Source: a virus
Lineage: Duplodnaviria; Caudoviricetes
IMG/VR virus record: IMGVR_UViG_3300025892_000008
Length of the DNA: 64,000 nucleotides
Direction: 5' to 3' (one strand)
The translations under genes and the position numbers were made by a program. Below the pieces are notes generated by a model. It did no database searches, was not told the DNA's origin, and saw only the letters and a program-made list of their open reading frames with translations. Shown one piece after another: positions 8,944 to 18,110 of the stretch. Position 1 is the stretch's first letter; every line of letters starts with the position of its first letter.

Positions 8944-9772
8944 GTTTTATGTTTCTTAGTTTGTTTCTTTGTTCTTCATTATATTTAGGTATGTCTGCTT
9001 TTATTCTTATTTGTAAATTGCCTCTTATCTTAGTACTAATATTAGGCAAGCCCTCTCCTTTACAACTTAATAAAGTGTCTGGTTGTGTGCCAGCAGGTAT
9101 ATTAATTTCAATGCTTCTGTTGTCAATAGTAGCAACTTGAGCTTTTGCACCTAACATTAAATCCCATGCATCAACTTTAACTTCACATAGTATATTATCC
9201 CCGTAACGTTGAAAGCGGTGGTGATTGCGAATGCGTATTTGTACATGTAGGTCACCTGCAGGTACATTTGGAATATTTTGTTCACCCATTCCTCTATATC
9301 TAATTGTTTGACCGTGTTCAACACCTTTAGGTATATCAACAGTAACTACTTTAGTCCTTCCTGTTGGAAGTTGTATTTCCATCCCTATAGTTTTACCACG
9401 TAACACATCTTCTAATGTTACGTCTACAGCAACATTAATAGGACGGTTGACTGGTCTTCTTGCACCGCCTTGTCCAAAAAACGAACTGAATATATCATCC
9501 ATCCCGCCACTAAATGGTGAACCATTAAAGTTAAATTCAAAATTCTGAGAATTATATCTACGTTGGTTAGGATCAGTAGTTCCGAACTGATCATACATCT
9601 GTTTCTTTTGCGGGTCGTTAAGAGTTTGGTATGCTTCGTTTATTTCTTTAAACTTAGAATCGTCACCTCCTGTACGATCAGGATGGTGGGTCATTGACTG
9701 TTTTTTGTAAGCCTTTTTTATTTCTTGTTGGCTTGCATTTCTGCCAATGCCTAGTGTTGAATAATAGTCCAT
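8933..9772 (-). CDS. dnaJ: DnaJ/CbpA-like co-chaperone without zinc finger
   Basis: J-domain with HPD, G/F-rich linker, DnaJ C-terminal domain. Confidence 0.9.
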   Translation of the reverse strand: MDYYSTLGIGRNASQQEIKKAYKKQSMTHHPDRTGGDDSKFKEINEAYQTLNDPQKKQMYDQFGTTDPNQRRYNSQNFEFNFNGSPFSGGMDDIFSSFFGQGGARRPVNRPINVAVDVTLEDVLRGKTIGMEIQLPTGRTKVVTVDIPKGVEHGQTIRYRGMGEQNIPNVPAGDLHVQIRIRNHHRFQRYGDNILCEVKVDAWDLMLGAKAQVATIDNRSIEINIPAGTQPDTLLSCKGEGLPNISTKIRGNLQIRIKADIPKYNEEQRNKLRNIKHGI

Positions 9773-9840
9773 AATATTAAAGCATCCTCCTTAAGCAATG
9801 CTCTAGTATTTAATCTATTTTAGTTGGGTGCGGAAATTTT

Positions 9841-10140
9841 CTACTTATCTGATTTTTTAGATGTACCTGTGTACAATCCAAACCAAGCAGCACCAGCACC
9901 AACTACAATACTAATTAAACCTGATTGTTCCATAGTAGGAGTAGGTAAATTCATATACCAAATTACACACTTGTATAATAACACAATGTATACAGTTAAG
10001 AATAATCTTGGAAATATTCTCCAAGCATCAACTGCTTTGGCTAAATGAATTAATCCTTGATATGGATTTTGTGAACTATCAGTAGTTGTTGTATCTACTT
10101 CAAGATCAATTTGTACACTCTTTTTAATTGGATCGCTCAT
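9841..10140 (-). CDS. Small two-TM membrane protein, holin candidate
   Basis: Two hydrophobic segments; lies just downstream of the spanins. Confidence 0.5.
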   Translation of the reverse strand: MSDPIKKSVQIDLEVDTTTTDSSQNPYQGLIHLAKAVDAWRIFPRLFLTVYIVLLYKCVIWYMNLPTPTMEQSGLISIVVGAGAAWFGLYTGTSKKSDK

Positions 10141-10173
10141 TGTGTTTCTACCCTCTTTGTTTTATATACGTAT

Positions 10174-10557
10174 TTATTCAGTTGTGGCTTCTTTTTCGCC
10201 TTCATAATATTCACGATACTGTTCAAGTGTTAATCCTTGTTGTATCATATAAGCACGTATTTGTGCGAAGTTTTTAGATAATAATTCGTAATCTTCGTCA
10301 CTTAAACCAAACAGTACAGGGTCTTTGCCTTGCTCTTTCATTTTAGCAAATACTTCTGCTGCATTTTCTGAAGTGATTATGATCCAACGAACTTCCTCTA
10401 ATTTAGGAGTTTCAGGATTAGCAAGATTAAGAGGTGCTCTTTCTACTTCAGTTTTAAATACGTCTAACTTTGATACAGTGCTGCAACTAGTAAGGAACGT
10501 AGTTAGGATTAGCAAGACTAGGGCACTCAGAATTGATCTGTGATTTCTTAGTAGCAT
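10174..10557 (-). CDS. o-spanin-like lipoprotein (Rz1-like)
   Basis: Signal peptide with FLTSC lipobox; overlaps the end of the i-spanin gene. Confidence 0.7.
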   Translation of the reverse strand: MLLRNHRSILSALVLLILTTFLTSCSTVSKLDVFKTEVERAPLNLANPETPKLEEVRWIIITSENAAEVFAKMKEQGKDPVLFGLSDEDYELLSKNFAQIRAYMIQQGLTLEQYREYYEGEKEATTE

Positions 10558-10972
10558 TTTTCTCTTTCTCCGTTAGTGGTGCGCCCATAGCAATTTCTAC
10601 ACATCTCATTGCTTTTTTGGTTGCGCTGTTAACAACACGTTCAACTGATGTTGGACGTTCTTCGGCAAGTTTTCCTATATCACGGACCTCACCTTGTCCG
10701 TTTATCTTATTAAAACGTTTGTCAAGTGCTTTGAATTCTGTTTGCAATACTCTGTTCTTATCTTCAAGTTCTTTGTTAGCAGACAATATAGCAGTAAAAT
10801 CTTTTTTCTGTTGTTCAATTACAGACTGTTGTTCAGACACACTGTCTAATAGTTTAGCATTATTTGCTTCACTAGTTGCAAGATCAGACTTTAATGTTTT
10901 TACATACAAAAAGCCGCCGCCTGCACCTGCTAACATAATTACAATCATCGCTATTTTAATTGATCCAAACAT
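10487..10972 (-). CDS. i-spanin-like protein (Rz-like)
   Basis: N-terminal TM helix, long coiled coil, C-terminal Cys pair; downstream of the endolysin. Confidence 0.7.
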   Translation of the reverse strand: MFGSIKIAMIVIMLAGAGGGFLYVKTLKSDLATSEANNAKLLDSVSEQQSVIEQQKKDFTAILSANKELEDKNRVLQTEFKALDKRFNKINGQGEVRDIGKLAEERPTSVERVVNSATKKAMRCVEIAMGAPLTEKEKNATKKSQINSECPSLANPNYVPY

Positions 10973-11187
10973 TATGCTTCTACCAGTTTAATAAAGTCGC
11001 CAACAGTTTGAACGTTGGCTTCGTCTTCTTCTGAAATTGTTACACCTGTTGCTTTTTGAATAGCAACTGCTAACTCGATAATATCAAATTCATCAGCACC
11101 TAAATCGTCCATTAAATTTGCTTCTGGTACAACTTTAGATTCATCAATACCTAAGTGTTCTGCTACTGCTTTAATTACTTTTTTCAT
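10972..11187 (-). CDS. Acyl carrier protein homologue lacking the phosphopantetheine Ser
   Basis: Clear ACP pattern, but DLGADEFD in place of DLGADSLD (codons gat gaa ttt gat checked in the sequence). Confidence 0.85.
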   Translation of the reverse strand: MKKVIKAVAEHLGIDESKVVPEANLMDDLGADEFDIIELAVAIQKATGVTISEEDEANVQTVGDFIKLVEA

Positions 11188-11314
11188 CTACTTTTTCCTC
11201 TTGGTAACGTGGATATGTACAAACAATTATTTCTATTGGTTTGTTGTCTCCATCCATAAATGTTTCGATTAATCTGCCTTCGTGTGCTCTTCCACAATTT
11301 TGACAGGTAAGCAT
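11171..11314 (-). CDS. 47-aa Cys/His peptide, possible Zn binder
   Basis: Hand translation MLTCQNCGRAHEGRLIETFMDGDNKPIEIIVCTYPRYQEEKVDEKSN; TAATG coupling to the endolysin stop. Confidence 0.6.
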   Translation of the reverse strand: MLTCQNCGRAHEGRLIETFMDGDNKPIEIIVCTYPRYQEEKVDEKSN

Positions 11315-12180
11315 TAGTCTAACAGTTTTTCCAATGTTGCAGGACCAGCAATGCCATCAGCAACTAAGCCATTTGACATTTGCCATTGCTTCAATGCACG
11401 TTCAGTGCCAGGACCAAAGTCACCGTCAGCGCCAATACCTAATGCTTCTTGCATCATCTTAACACCTTCGCCTTTACATCCTTTACGTAGTACACCGATA
11501 TCATCAACATCAATGTGTCCTTCGTCTGTACCTAAATCGTCTGCATCCATACCTAATACTTTAAGTGCGTGTGCATAACGCTTTTGTCTATCTTCTAAAC
11601 CAATGTTACCGCCATTGATCTTTTTAGTCATTTTAACTACATTGTCTGTGTCAGCAATATTGTTAAGTTTAGTTGTGTCCCAGAACCAACAAGCACTTTC
11701 AATTGCACCTGCAGGAGTTGCAACATAATCTGATGCTTCCTCTGCTGTCTTACCAATACTTTCGCCAAACTTTGTATAGTTGTAACGACCAGTAAGTTGT
11801 TTTAATCCACGTCCACGGAATCTCCATCCGTCACCTTCGTTAACATTACCCATCTTGTATTTGCGATATGTGTCATTGTATACACGGTTAGCAATCATTT
11901 CTGGGTTACGAGCATACTCTGCTGCATCTGCTTTTGGAGCATTACCAAAGTAACGACCAAACACTGCACGTAATGCCTTTTCACTGTAGTTTAAATTTTC
12001 TTCTAATTTTTTAAAGCCTGCACTTTCGTGAGCGCACTGACTTAGGAAGTGTGCTACTCTACGTTCTGTTGTGATACCATACTTAGGTAATAGTTCACAT
12101 AGCGCATCATACCAGTTATCAGGATTATCAGAAATAATCTCTCCTAGGTGCGCTTTAGTAAATTCAAATTCAAAACTCAT
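11314..12180 (-). CDS. Endolysin: GH19 chitinase/lysozyme-like domain + C-terminal peptidoglycan-binding domain
   Basis: AHFLSQCAHES, FRGRGLKQLTGRYNY, and PG-binding ADGDFGPGTERALKQWQ...DGIAGP. Confidence 0.9.
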   Translation of the reverse strand: MSFEFEFTKAHLGEIISDNPDNWYDALCELLPKYGITTERRVAHFLSQCAHESAGFKKLEENLNYSEKALRAVFGRYFGNAPKADAAEYARNPEMIANRVYNDTYRKYKMGNVNEGDGWRFRGRGLKQLTGRYNYTKFGESIGKTAEEASDYVATPAGAIESACWFWDTTKLNNIADTDNVVKMTKKINGGNIGLEDRQKRYAHALKVLGMDADDLGTDEGHIDVDDIGVLRKGCKGEGVKMMQEALGIGADGDFGPGTERALKQWQMSNGLVADGIAGPATLEKLLD

Positions 12181-12923
12181 TTTGTATCCTTTAATTTTAG
12201 AACCATTGTTTTTGATTCATTAGTAAACAAAAATTTGTCGCCGTATTTTTGTATGTTATAGTCTCCCATAACTTTAGTTAACCAGAAAATTTCTGCTGTA
12301 GCATTATCATCTACTTGAATATCTTCCATACCTTCAATTAGTTTATCATCACCTTCTTGAACAAGTTCAAACTCAACTTTGATATCAAATGGTTTAATTA
12401 TTGTTATTTTGTTATTTTCTAAAACTAAATCATCCATTAGTGTCTTAGTAAAGAAACTTTTAACTTCGTCAGTTCTAAATTTAGTCATAACTTGTTCGTA
12501 CATTTTCTTACTTGACGGAATCTTTCTCAAATTTTCTGTAGTAACAGACATTTTATCTTTATTTTTATAATACTTATATTCCCAATCTAAAATATTTGTT
12601 AACTTGCTTATACCAAAAACCATTTCCATAATGTTTTCTGCTAGTTTGTTATTTCTTTCTACTTCAACAAAAATAGAATATTCTCCATCTTTGTTTTCTC
12701 CTGCACTAACATCTGCATCTAGTACAAAAGGATATCCTTTCTCAATAAACTCCATAAAGTCTTTTGCAGGATTTCTATCTTTTGCTTGGAAAGTTACAAC
12801 ACAAACATCTGGGTCTTCACCCATTTTTGATTTATGTGTATCTACTTCCATCATAGGATAAAACATATCCTCTAAATCGTGTTTTCTCAAACCTTCTTCT
12901 AAAACTTTATTATTGTGCTTCAT
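12177..12923 (-). CDS. Hypothetical protein
   Basis: Long ORF; probable start MKHNNKVLEEGLR. Confidence 0.65.
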   Translation of the reverse strand: MKHNNKVLEEGLRKHDLEDMFYPMMEVDTHKSKMGEDPDVCVVTFQAKDRNPAKDFMEFIEKGYPFVLDADVSAGENKDGEYSIFVEVERNNKLAENIMEMVFGISKLTNILDWEYKYYKNKDKMSVTTENLRKIPSSKKMYEQVMTKFRTDEVKSFFTKTLMDDLVLENNKITIIKPFDIKVEFELVQEGDDKLIEGMEDIQVDDNATAEIFWLTKVMGDYNIQKYGDKFLFTNESKTMVLKLKDTK

Positions 12924-13431
12924 CTGGTGTTCCTTGTGCAGTTTGGTCAACTGGTTCTGGATTTTGTGCTTGTACTGAATTTGATAAAATGTCTTGTACT
13001 TTATTCTTATCTAAATTACTATAACCCCTGTCAACATTTTTCATAAGTGTTTTAGGCATTTTAATTTTTACCAACCATACTTGATTGTAATCAACTTTAC
13101 CTTTTCTTGTGCCTGGACGTATATCATCTGGTGTTTTAATTCTTCTTACATTAGCCATAGCAGTTTCAGCATAAGAAACTTTACAACCATACTCCATTAA
13201 TCTCTTACCGCCTGCAGGCTCTGGCATCTTATCATTAGGCCACATAAATGTACACGTAATATAATACCTGTCTTCTTTAGGACCTTCTGCTAATTCACCA
13301 TCGATCCAGTTGTCGAATACGTAAAGGTCAAGTTCATCAACAACACGCTCAAAGTCCTTTAATAGGTTTAAACTGTTGTTAGAACCGTAAATTTGTTCTA
13401 TATTTGATATAATGTCTTTAATGCTGGCCAT
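12910..13431 (-). CDS. Hypothetical protein
   Basis: ATG at 13431 preceded by GGAG; TAAATA at 13447-13452. Confidence 0.65.
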   Translation of the reverse strand: MASIKDIISNIEQIYGSNNSLNLLKDFERVVDELDLYVFDNWIDGELAEGPKEDRYYITCTFMWPNDKMPEPAGGKRLMEYGCKVSYAETAMANVRRIKTPDDIRPGTRKGKVDYNQVWLVKIKMPKTLMKNVDRGYSNLDKNKVQDILSNSVQAQNPEPVDQTAQGTPDEAQ

Positions 13432-13590
13432 GTTAGTCTCCACAAGTATTTATCGTTTTCTAAATGTTATACTATTATTTTCTTTTTACGAACTTAAATA
13501 ATAGTATGTTCGATAACGGACTTTTGACAATCTATACATACCCACACTCTGTTGTTGAGCATATTTCACTAACGGAGGAAAACCCCTAAT

Positions 13591-14310
13591 ATGAAAAGAA
13601 AAAACAAAGCCCACGCGGCACATAACTCAGCGTACAACAACATAGTTAACATAAACTCGCATAAATCACAGCGAAAACAAGTAGTTCCTAAGAACTTAAA
13701 TCAAAAATTTTACCTACAAAAATTAGACAGCAAGGATAAGCATATAGTATTTGCTATAGGCCCTGCAGGCACGGGTAAAACAATGATTGCAGTCCAATGG
13801 GCAATTAATGAATTTCGCGATAAATTATGTGATAAAATTGTAATAACTAGACCTGCAGTTTCAGTAGACGAAAGTCACGGTTTTTTGCCTGGAGATCTAA
13901 ATGAAAAGATGGCACCGTGGACTCGACCTATTTTTGACGTTTTTTCAGAAAACTTTTGTCAAGCAGAAGTAGAAAGACAAATAAGAGAGGGAGTAGTTGA
14001 AATTGCTCCATTAGCATATATGAGAGGCAGAACATTTAAAAACTCCGTAATTATTGCGGATGAAATGCAAAACGCAACACCTAGTCAGATGAAGATGCTG
14101 TTAACTAGGTTAGGGGAAGGATCCAAGATGATTGTAACCGGAGACTTACATCAGGCAGACAGGCCTAGTAACAACGGTTTATTAGAGTTCCTTGAGTTGT
14201 ATAACAACTTTAGTAATCATCAATATCTTGATATCTGTGAATTTACAAGAGCAGATGTAGAAAGACACGAAGCAGTAAAAGAAATTTTAAGTATATACGG
14301 CGACAACTAA
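13591..14310 (+). CDS. phoH: PhoH-family ATPase
   Basis: GPAGTGKT, EIAPLAYMRGRTF, DEMQN, TGD..Q.D; GGAGG RBS. Confidence 0.95.
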   Translation: MKRKNKAHAAHNSAYNNIVNINSHKSQRKQVVPKNLNQKFYLQKLDSKDKHIVFAIGPAGTGKTMIAVQWAINEFRDKLCDKIVITRPAVSVDESHGFLPGDLNEKMAPWTRPIFDVFSENFCQAEVERQIREGVVEIAPLAYMRGRTFKNSVIIADEMQNATPSQMKMLLTRLGEGSKMIVTGDLHQADRPSNNGLLEFLELYNNFSNHQYLDICEFTRADVERHEAVKEILSIYGDN

Positions 14311-14340
14311 GAGTTAACTTTTCTTGTAAGACTGGTAGAT

Positions 14341-14691
14341 CTAATCTATCAGTTTTGCAGGAATTGCCTTAAACAATTTTGTCTTGTTTTCTTTGTAGTT
14401 CTCTTTTGCGAAGTCTACATAGTTTTCCATAGGCGGCTGTTCATCTGCGATGTTAGGCCAGTTACCGTCTGTGCTAAAATAAAGATTGTGCTTGTACCAC
14501 GGATCATTTTCATCGTCTGTTTGATAAATTGCTTCTTCAGGACATTCAGGAATACATACACCGCAATCAATACACTCTTCCGGATTAATCACAAGCATGT
14601 TTTCACCCTCGTAGAAACAATCTACAGGGCAAACACTTACACAAGTTGTGTGCTTACAATTTATACATTTATCATCTACTAAGTGTGCCAT
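14341..14691 (-). CDS. fdxA: Dicluster ferredoxin (FdxA-type)
   Basis: [18 protein letters not shown] and [12 protein letters not shown]. Confidence 0.9.
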   Translation of the reverse strand: MAHLVDDKCINCKHTTCVSVCPVDCFYEGENMLVINPEECIDCGVCIPECPEEAIYQTDDENDPWYKHNLYFSTDGNWPNIADEQPPMENYVDFAKENYKENKTKLFKAIPAKLID

Positions 14692-14692
14692 A

Positions 14693-14938
14693 TTATATTA
14701 ACCAGTTCCATATTGCTCGTAACCCTAATAACAAGTACATTCCTTCCATTAATGCTCTAGGAATATCTTTATCTTTAATACCAAAGTAAATCCACATTGT
14801 ACAACTTACACAGGCAACTGCCCAGCCTATCCATTGTGTTTCTGTATTAGCATTTGAAAGAATAAAAGCAGCAATAATTGCTAGTATAAAGCCTATCCAT
14901 CTAGGCCCATCGATGTTGTGATAGTATCTAATTTTCAT
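14693..14938 (-). CDS. Small membrane protein
   Basis: 81 aa with about three hydrophobic helices. Confidence 0.6.
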   Translation of the reverse strand: MKIRYYHNIDGPRWIGFILAIIAAFILSNANTETQWIGWAVACVSCTMWIYFGIKDKDIPRALMEGMYLLLGLRAIWNWLI

Positions 14939-15849
14939 AATCTTCCTAACTTAATTAATACTGCTGCTAGATTAATTTCCGGATCAGCAACTAATGTATG
15001 ATCTACTAATCCTTGTTTAATTACTAGTACCGCAGTGTCTTGTTTTGCTTCATCACCAAAGATTGAAATGTTATCATATAGCCAACGATATACTTCTTCC
15101 ATTTCTTCAGCACGTAGTTTGCCACAAAGTAATTGTCTTGCTTCACTAATCTTGCCAGCCTTAAATAGTTCAACCATATCAAACTTCCAGTCTGCTTCAC
15201 CTTCATCACCTTTACTAGGAGCATGCAGTTTAGCATCTGTAACGTTTTGTTGCACCATGTTAATACATTTACGTAAGTCTGGATACGTAGCCTTTACATA
15301 AAGATCTAATGTTTCTAAATCAATATCAACTTGTTCTTCAACTAGTATTGTTGCAACACGAGCAGTAAACTCTGTTTGATCAATACGCTCCATATGATAG
15401 CCTTGACACCTACTGTGAATAGCAGGAATAATTCTATTAGGATAATTGCAAGTTAAAATAAATCTTGATGTCATATGATACTCTTCCATAACACCACGCA
15501 ATGCTGCCTGTGCGTTCGGCGACAAGTAATCAGCCTCATCTAATAATACAACCTTAAATGGACCAAATGGAATCATTTGCACAAAGTTTGTAATCTTATT
15601 TCTTACTTCATCTACACTGTTTGTTCTACTAGCATTAATTTCTAGTACATCAAACTCTTCAATTCCAAGTTCATTTATAAGAATCTTTGCCATAGTAGTT
15701 TTACCGATACCGGCTGCACCACTAAACAATAAATGAGGAATACTTTTTTCTTTTACCCAAAGTTTTGCTTGTTTGCGTTGATGTTCATCTCTAAAAACAT
15801 AACCATCTAAATTCTTAGGACGATATTTTTCTACCCATAGTTCTTTCAT
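14935..15849 (-). CDS. Clamp loader subunit (RFC small / T4 gp44-like)
   Basis: WVEKYRP, GAAGIGKT, NAS, DEAD, AQAALR, SRC motifs. Confidence 0.92.
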   Translation of the reverse strand: MKELWVEKYRPKNLDGYVFRDEHQRKQAKLWVKEKSIPHLLFSGAAGIGKTTMAKILINELGIEEFDVLEINASRTNSVDEVRNKITNFVQMIPFGPFKVVLLDEADYLSPNAQAALRGVMEEYHMTSRFILTCNYPNRIIPAIHSRCQGYHMERIDQTEFTARVATILVEEQVDIDLETLDLYVKATYPDLRKCINMVQQNVTDAKLHAPSKGDEGEADWKFDMVELFKAGKISEARQLLCGKLRAEEMEEVYRWLYDNISIFGDEAKQDTAVLVIKQGLVDHTLVADPEINLAAVLIKLGRL

Positions 15850-16253
15850 TTTGCCTCACTTATACGTTTTCTTAATCCACTTGTACTAAATGAATGTTGT
15901 CTACTATTATAGTGTATTTTTATACCTTTGTCAACACATATTTGTTTGCCTGTAAAATCTTTGGTTTTATATTCTTCACCAATAAAACGGACATTAATAT
16001 TATATGTTAACAAGATATCAACAAGATCCTGTTCAGTAGCATAGGGAATAATTTCATCTATGTACTTACAGCCCTCTAGTTGTACGTATCTTTCAAACAC
16101 ACTTTGTATTGGTTGATTTTTTTCTGGTCTATCTATAGTAGGATCAGTTTGTAGTCCAACTATCATAAAGTCGCAATTGGCTCGTGCTTCTTTTAACATA
16201 GCAACGTGTCCACTGTGGAATAGGTCAAACGATGATGCTGTAAATCCTATCAT
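15846..16253 (-). CDS. Glycerol-3-phosphate cytidylyltransferase-like (TagD family)
   Basis: FDLFHSGH and C-terminal RQHSFSTS. Confidence 0.8.
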   Translation of the reverse strand: MIGFTASSFDLFHSGHVAMLKEARANCDFMIVGLQTDPTIDRPEKNQPIQSVFERYVQLEGCKYIDEIIPYATEQDLVDILLTYNINVRFIGEEYKTKDFTGKQICVDKGIKIHYNSRQHSFSTSGLRKRISEAK

Positions 16254-16432
16254 GCGCCTGTTCCTCCTGGTGGCACTAGGTCAGGTGTAATACAATGTAG
16301 TGCTACGTATCCTGGATACAGATTGTTTGCTGTAGCAATACCTTGCTCACAGTTTGCGAACTCGCCTACCTTAACAATGTCCCACGGCTGATACGCCATA
16401 GTCATCCAAATATATACTACAAATATTTTCAT
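16250..16432 (-). CDS. Small hypothetical protein
   Basis: 60 aa, coupled to neighbours by ATGA overlaps. Confidence 0.55.
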   Translation of the reverse strand: MKIFVVYIWMTMAYQPWDIVKVGEFANCEQGIATANNLYPGYVALHCITPDLVPPGGTGA

Positions 16433-16755
16433 ACTGTCCTGCCTCCGTCAAATACGCACACAAAATATAGTTCTTCGTTGCCTGCGTGTACACGATGAAA
16501 GACACCATCTTCAATTAGCACAGTGTCGCCTGCTTCTACATTGTGAGTAACACTATCAAGTTCCATTGTACCAGTACCTTCTAAAAACATATACACTTCT
16601 TCTTGTCCTGCGTGTTTATGTCCTGATGTACTTTTGTTTGGATTAAGCCTAGTACTACTTACAACTAGATTCTTCAACAAGGTATTATCCTTAACGATAT
16701 AACGATCGTCGGACTTTACAACTATACCTTCTATGTTAGAGTGTTTAAACTTCAC
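16429..16755 (-). CDS. Cupin-domain protein
   Basis: GHKHAGQEEVY and FHRV cupin motifs. Confidence 0.85.
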   Translation of the reverse strand: MKFKHSNIEGIVVKSDDRYIVKDNTLLKNLVVSSTRLNPNKSTSGHKHAGQEEVYMFLEGTGTMELDSVTHNVEAGDTVLIEDGVFHRVHAGNEELYFVCVFDGGRTV

Positions 16756-16758
16756 AAT

Positions 16759-17172
16759 CTAAAGATCACCTTCTTTTCTGTTTTCAGAATAATGTACATC
16801 AAACTCACCGCCTGGATATCTTGCTTTAAGTTTGTTTACATTTTCTTCTATGACTTCATTAGGATCCAACCCAAGAGCCCGGCAACTACTAATCCAATAC
16901 CACATAATATCGCCAAGTTCTCGTTTGCAATGAAATACAGTTTCATCGTCCAAAGGTTTACCTTGGAAGATACATTTTTTAACAATTTCACTAAACTCTC
17001 CTCCTTCTGATGCAATACCAATTGCACCTGTTAATAATAAAGATGTTTTTACATTAGGATTATTTGCTTCAATATCCTTTGCTCTATAGAACATCTCTGA
17101 TAGTTGATCACTTTCTTTACTTGTTACTTCTTGTACAAAGTCTTTGTACTTGTTTAAATCTACTTGTGTCAA
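16759..17172 (-). CDS. MazG-like nucleotide pyrophosphohydrolase
   Basis: EGGEFSEIVKK, ELGDIMWY, NVNKLKARY. Confidence 0.88.
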   Translation of the reverse strand: MTQVDLNKYKDFVQEVTSKESDQLSEMFYRAKDIEANNPNVKTSLLLTGAIGIASEGGEFSEIVKKCIFQGKPLDDETVFHCKRELGDIMWYWISSCRALGLDPNEVIEENVNKLKARYPGGEFDVHYSENRKEGDL

Positions 17173-17197
17173 GATTCTCTCCTCTATTCTAATTTAT

Positions 17198-17226
17198 ATT
17201 ATATACTATCTGTTTACTCTTGTCAA
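17198..17226 (-). promoter_or_regulatory. Consensus sigma70 promoter
   Basis: TTGACA (17226-17221), 17 nt, TATAAT (17203-17198), upstream of the mazG-clamp loader operon. Confidence 0.85.
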
Positions 17227-17276
17227 GAGTTATACTAAATATTTTTATAACATTCGTTATCAAAAAGGAGAACCCC

Positions 17277-17465
17277 ATGATTACAAATCTTAATGTAAAC
17301 CTAGAAGTAGGCCAAGAAATACTTGTTGGAAAGAACAACGACAAGGCAAAGATTACTAAAATTGAATTTCATCCAAAATCAGGGGAAGTGTCTATAAACA
17401 CCACTAAGGGGCCTAGGAAGGCTTTGACTTTTAGATTGTGTCCGGAAAAAGTATATAGTTGTTAA
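17277..17465 (+). CDS. Small hypothetical protein (62 aa)
   Basis: AAGGAG RBS before ATG 17277; TAAATA at 17236-17241. Confidence 0.65.
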   Translation: MITNLNVNLEVGQEILVGKNNDKAKITKIEFHPKSGEVSINTTKGPRKALTFRLCPEKVYSC

Positions 17466-17858
17466 TTATTCGGCGCCAAACATACCGGCGTCAAATGTTG
17501 CTTTAGATCCGTCTGAATACTCTTGACCGAAGTACGCAAGGTCCTTGGGCTCTTCATCTTGCCATGCAAGTATTGAGTCCAACTCAATTTTTTGAATCTC
17601 TACTTCTTCGCCGTGTTCGTCTGTAACTTTAAGTTTACGTGTCCAACGACCGTGTGCGATTAAAATCCAATCGCCTACATCATACGGATCTTTATTTTCG
17701 TGTCCTTTAGAATATACTTGTGCCCAACGAGGTTTTACACCATGTGCCTTAGCGTCATCGGATCCAATAATGATTCCGCCTGCTGTCGTTGTTTCACCAA
17801 AGTGCATTTTATGCACTAATACATCACTACGGATAGCAGTAATTTTACCTTTGATCAT
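17466..17858 (-). CDS. groES: GroES-like co-chaperonin
   Basis: TTTAGGIII mobile loop; V.VGDW.L; longer than host GroES. Confidence 0.8.
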   Translation of the reverse strand: MIKGKITAIRSDVLVHKMHFGETTTAGGIIIGSDDAKAHGVKPRWAQVYSKGHENKDPYDVGDWILIAHGRWTRKLKVTDEHGEEVEIQKIELDSILAWQDEEPKDLAYFGQEYSDGSKATFDAGMFGAE

Positions 17859-17872
17859 GTGCTATAGCCTTT

Positions 17873-18100
17873 CTATGATTTTTTAGATCTATCTACAACT
17901 TCTTCTTGAATTGCTCTAGGGTTTTTATCATAGTAATCTTTTAGAATTGCTTCTCTTGTTCTTACTACTTTTCCGCCCTTACCAATTTCATCACCGCGAG
18001 CATTTACTTTCATATTACCAACTGCTGGTAATGTTTCATTTTTAAGATTAAGTTTTTCCATATCAATCTCTTTGCCGCGCATACTTTTAATTGTTGCCAT
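17873..18100 (-). CDS. Hypothetical protein
   Basis: 75 aa with GGAG RBS. Confidence 0.65.
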   Translation of the reverse strand: MATIKSMRGKEIDMEKLNLKNETLPAVGNMKVNARGDEIGKGGKVVRTREAILKDYYDKNPRAIQEEVVDRSKKS

Positions 18101-18110
18101 TTTAGTCTCC

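Noticed and set aside
10972-11187. Calling the ACP homologue a functional acpP metabolic gene
   Set aside because: The phosphopantetheine attachment Ser is absent
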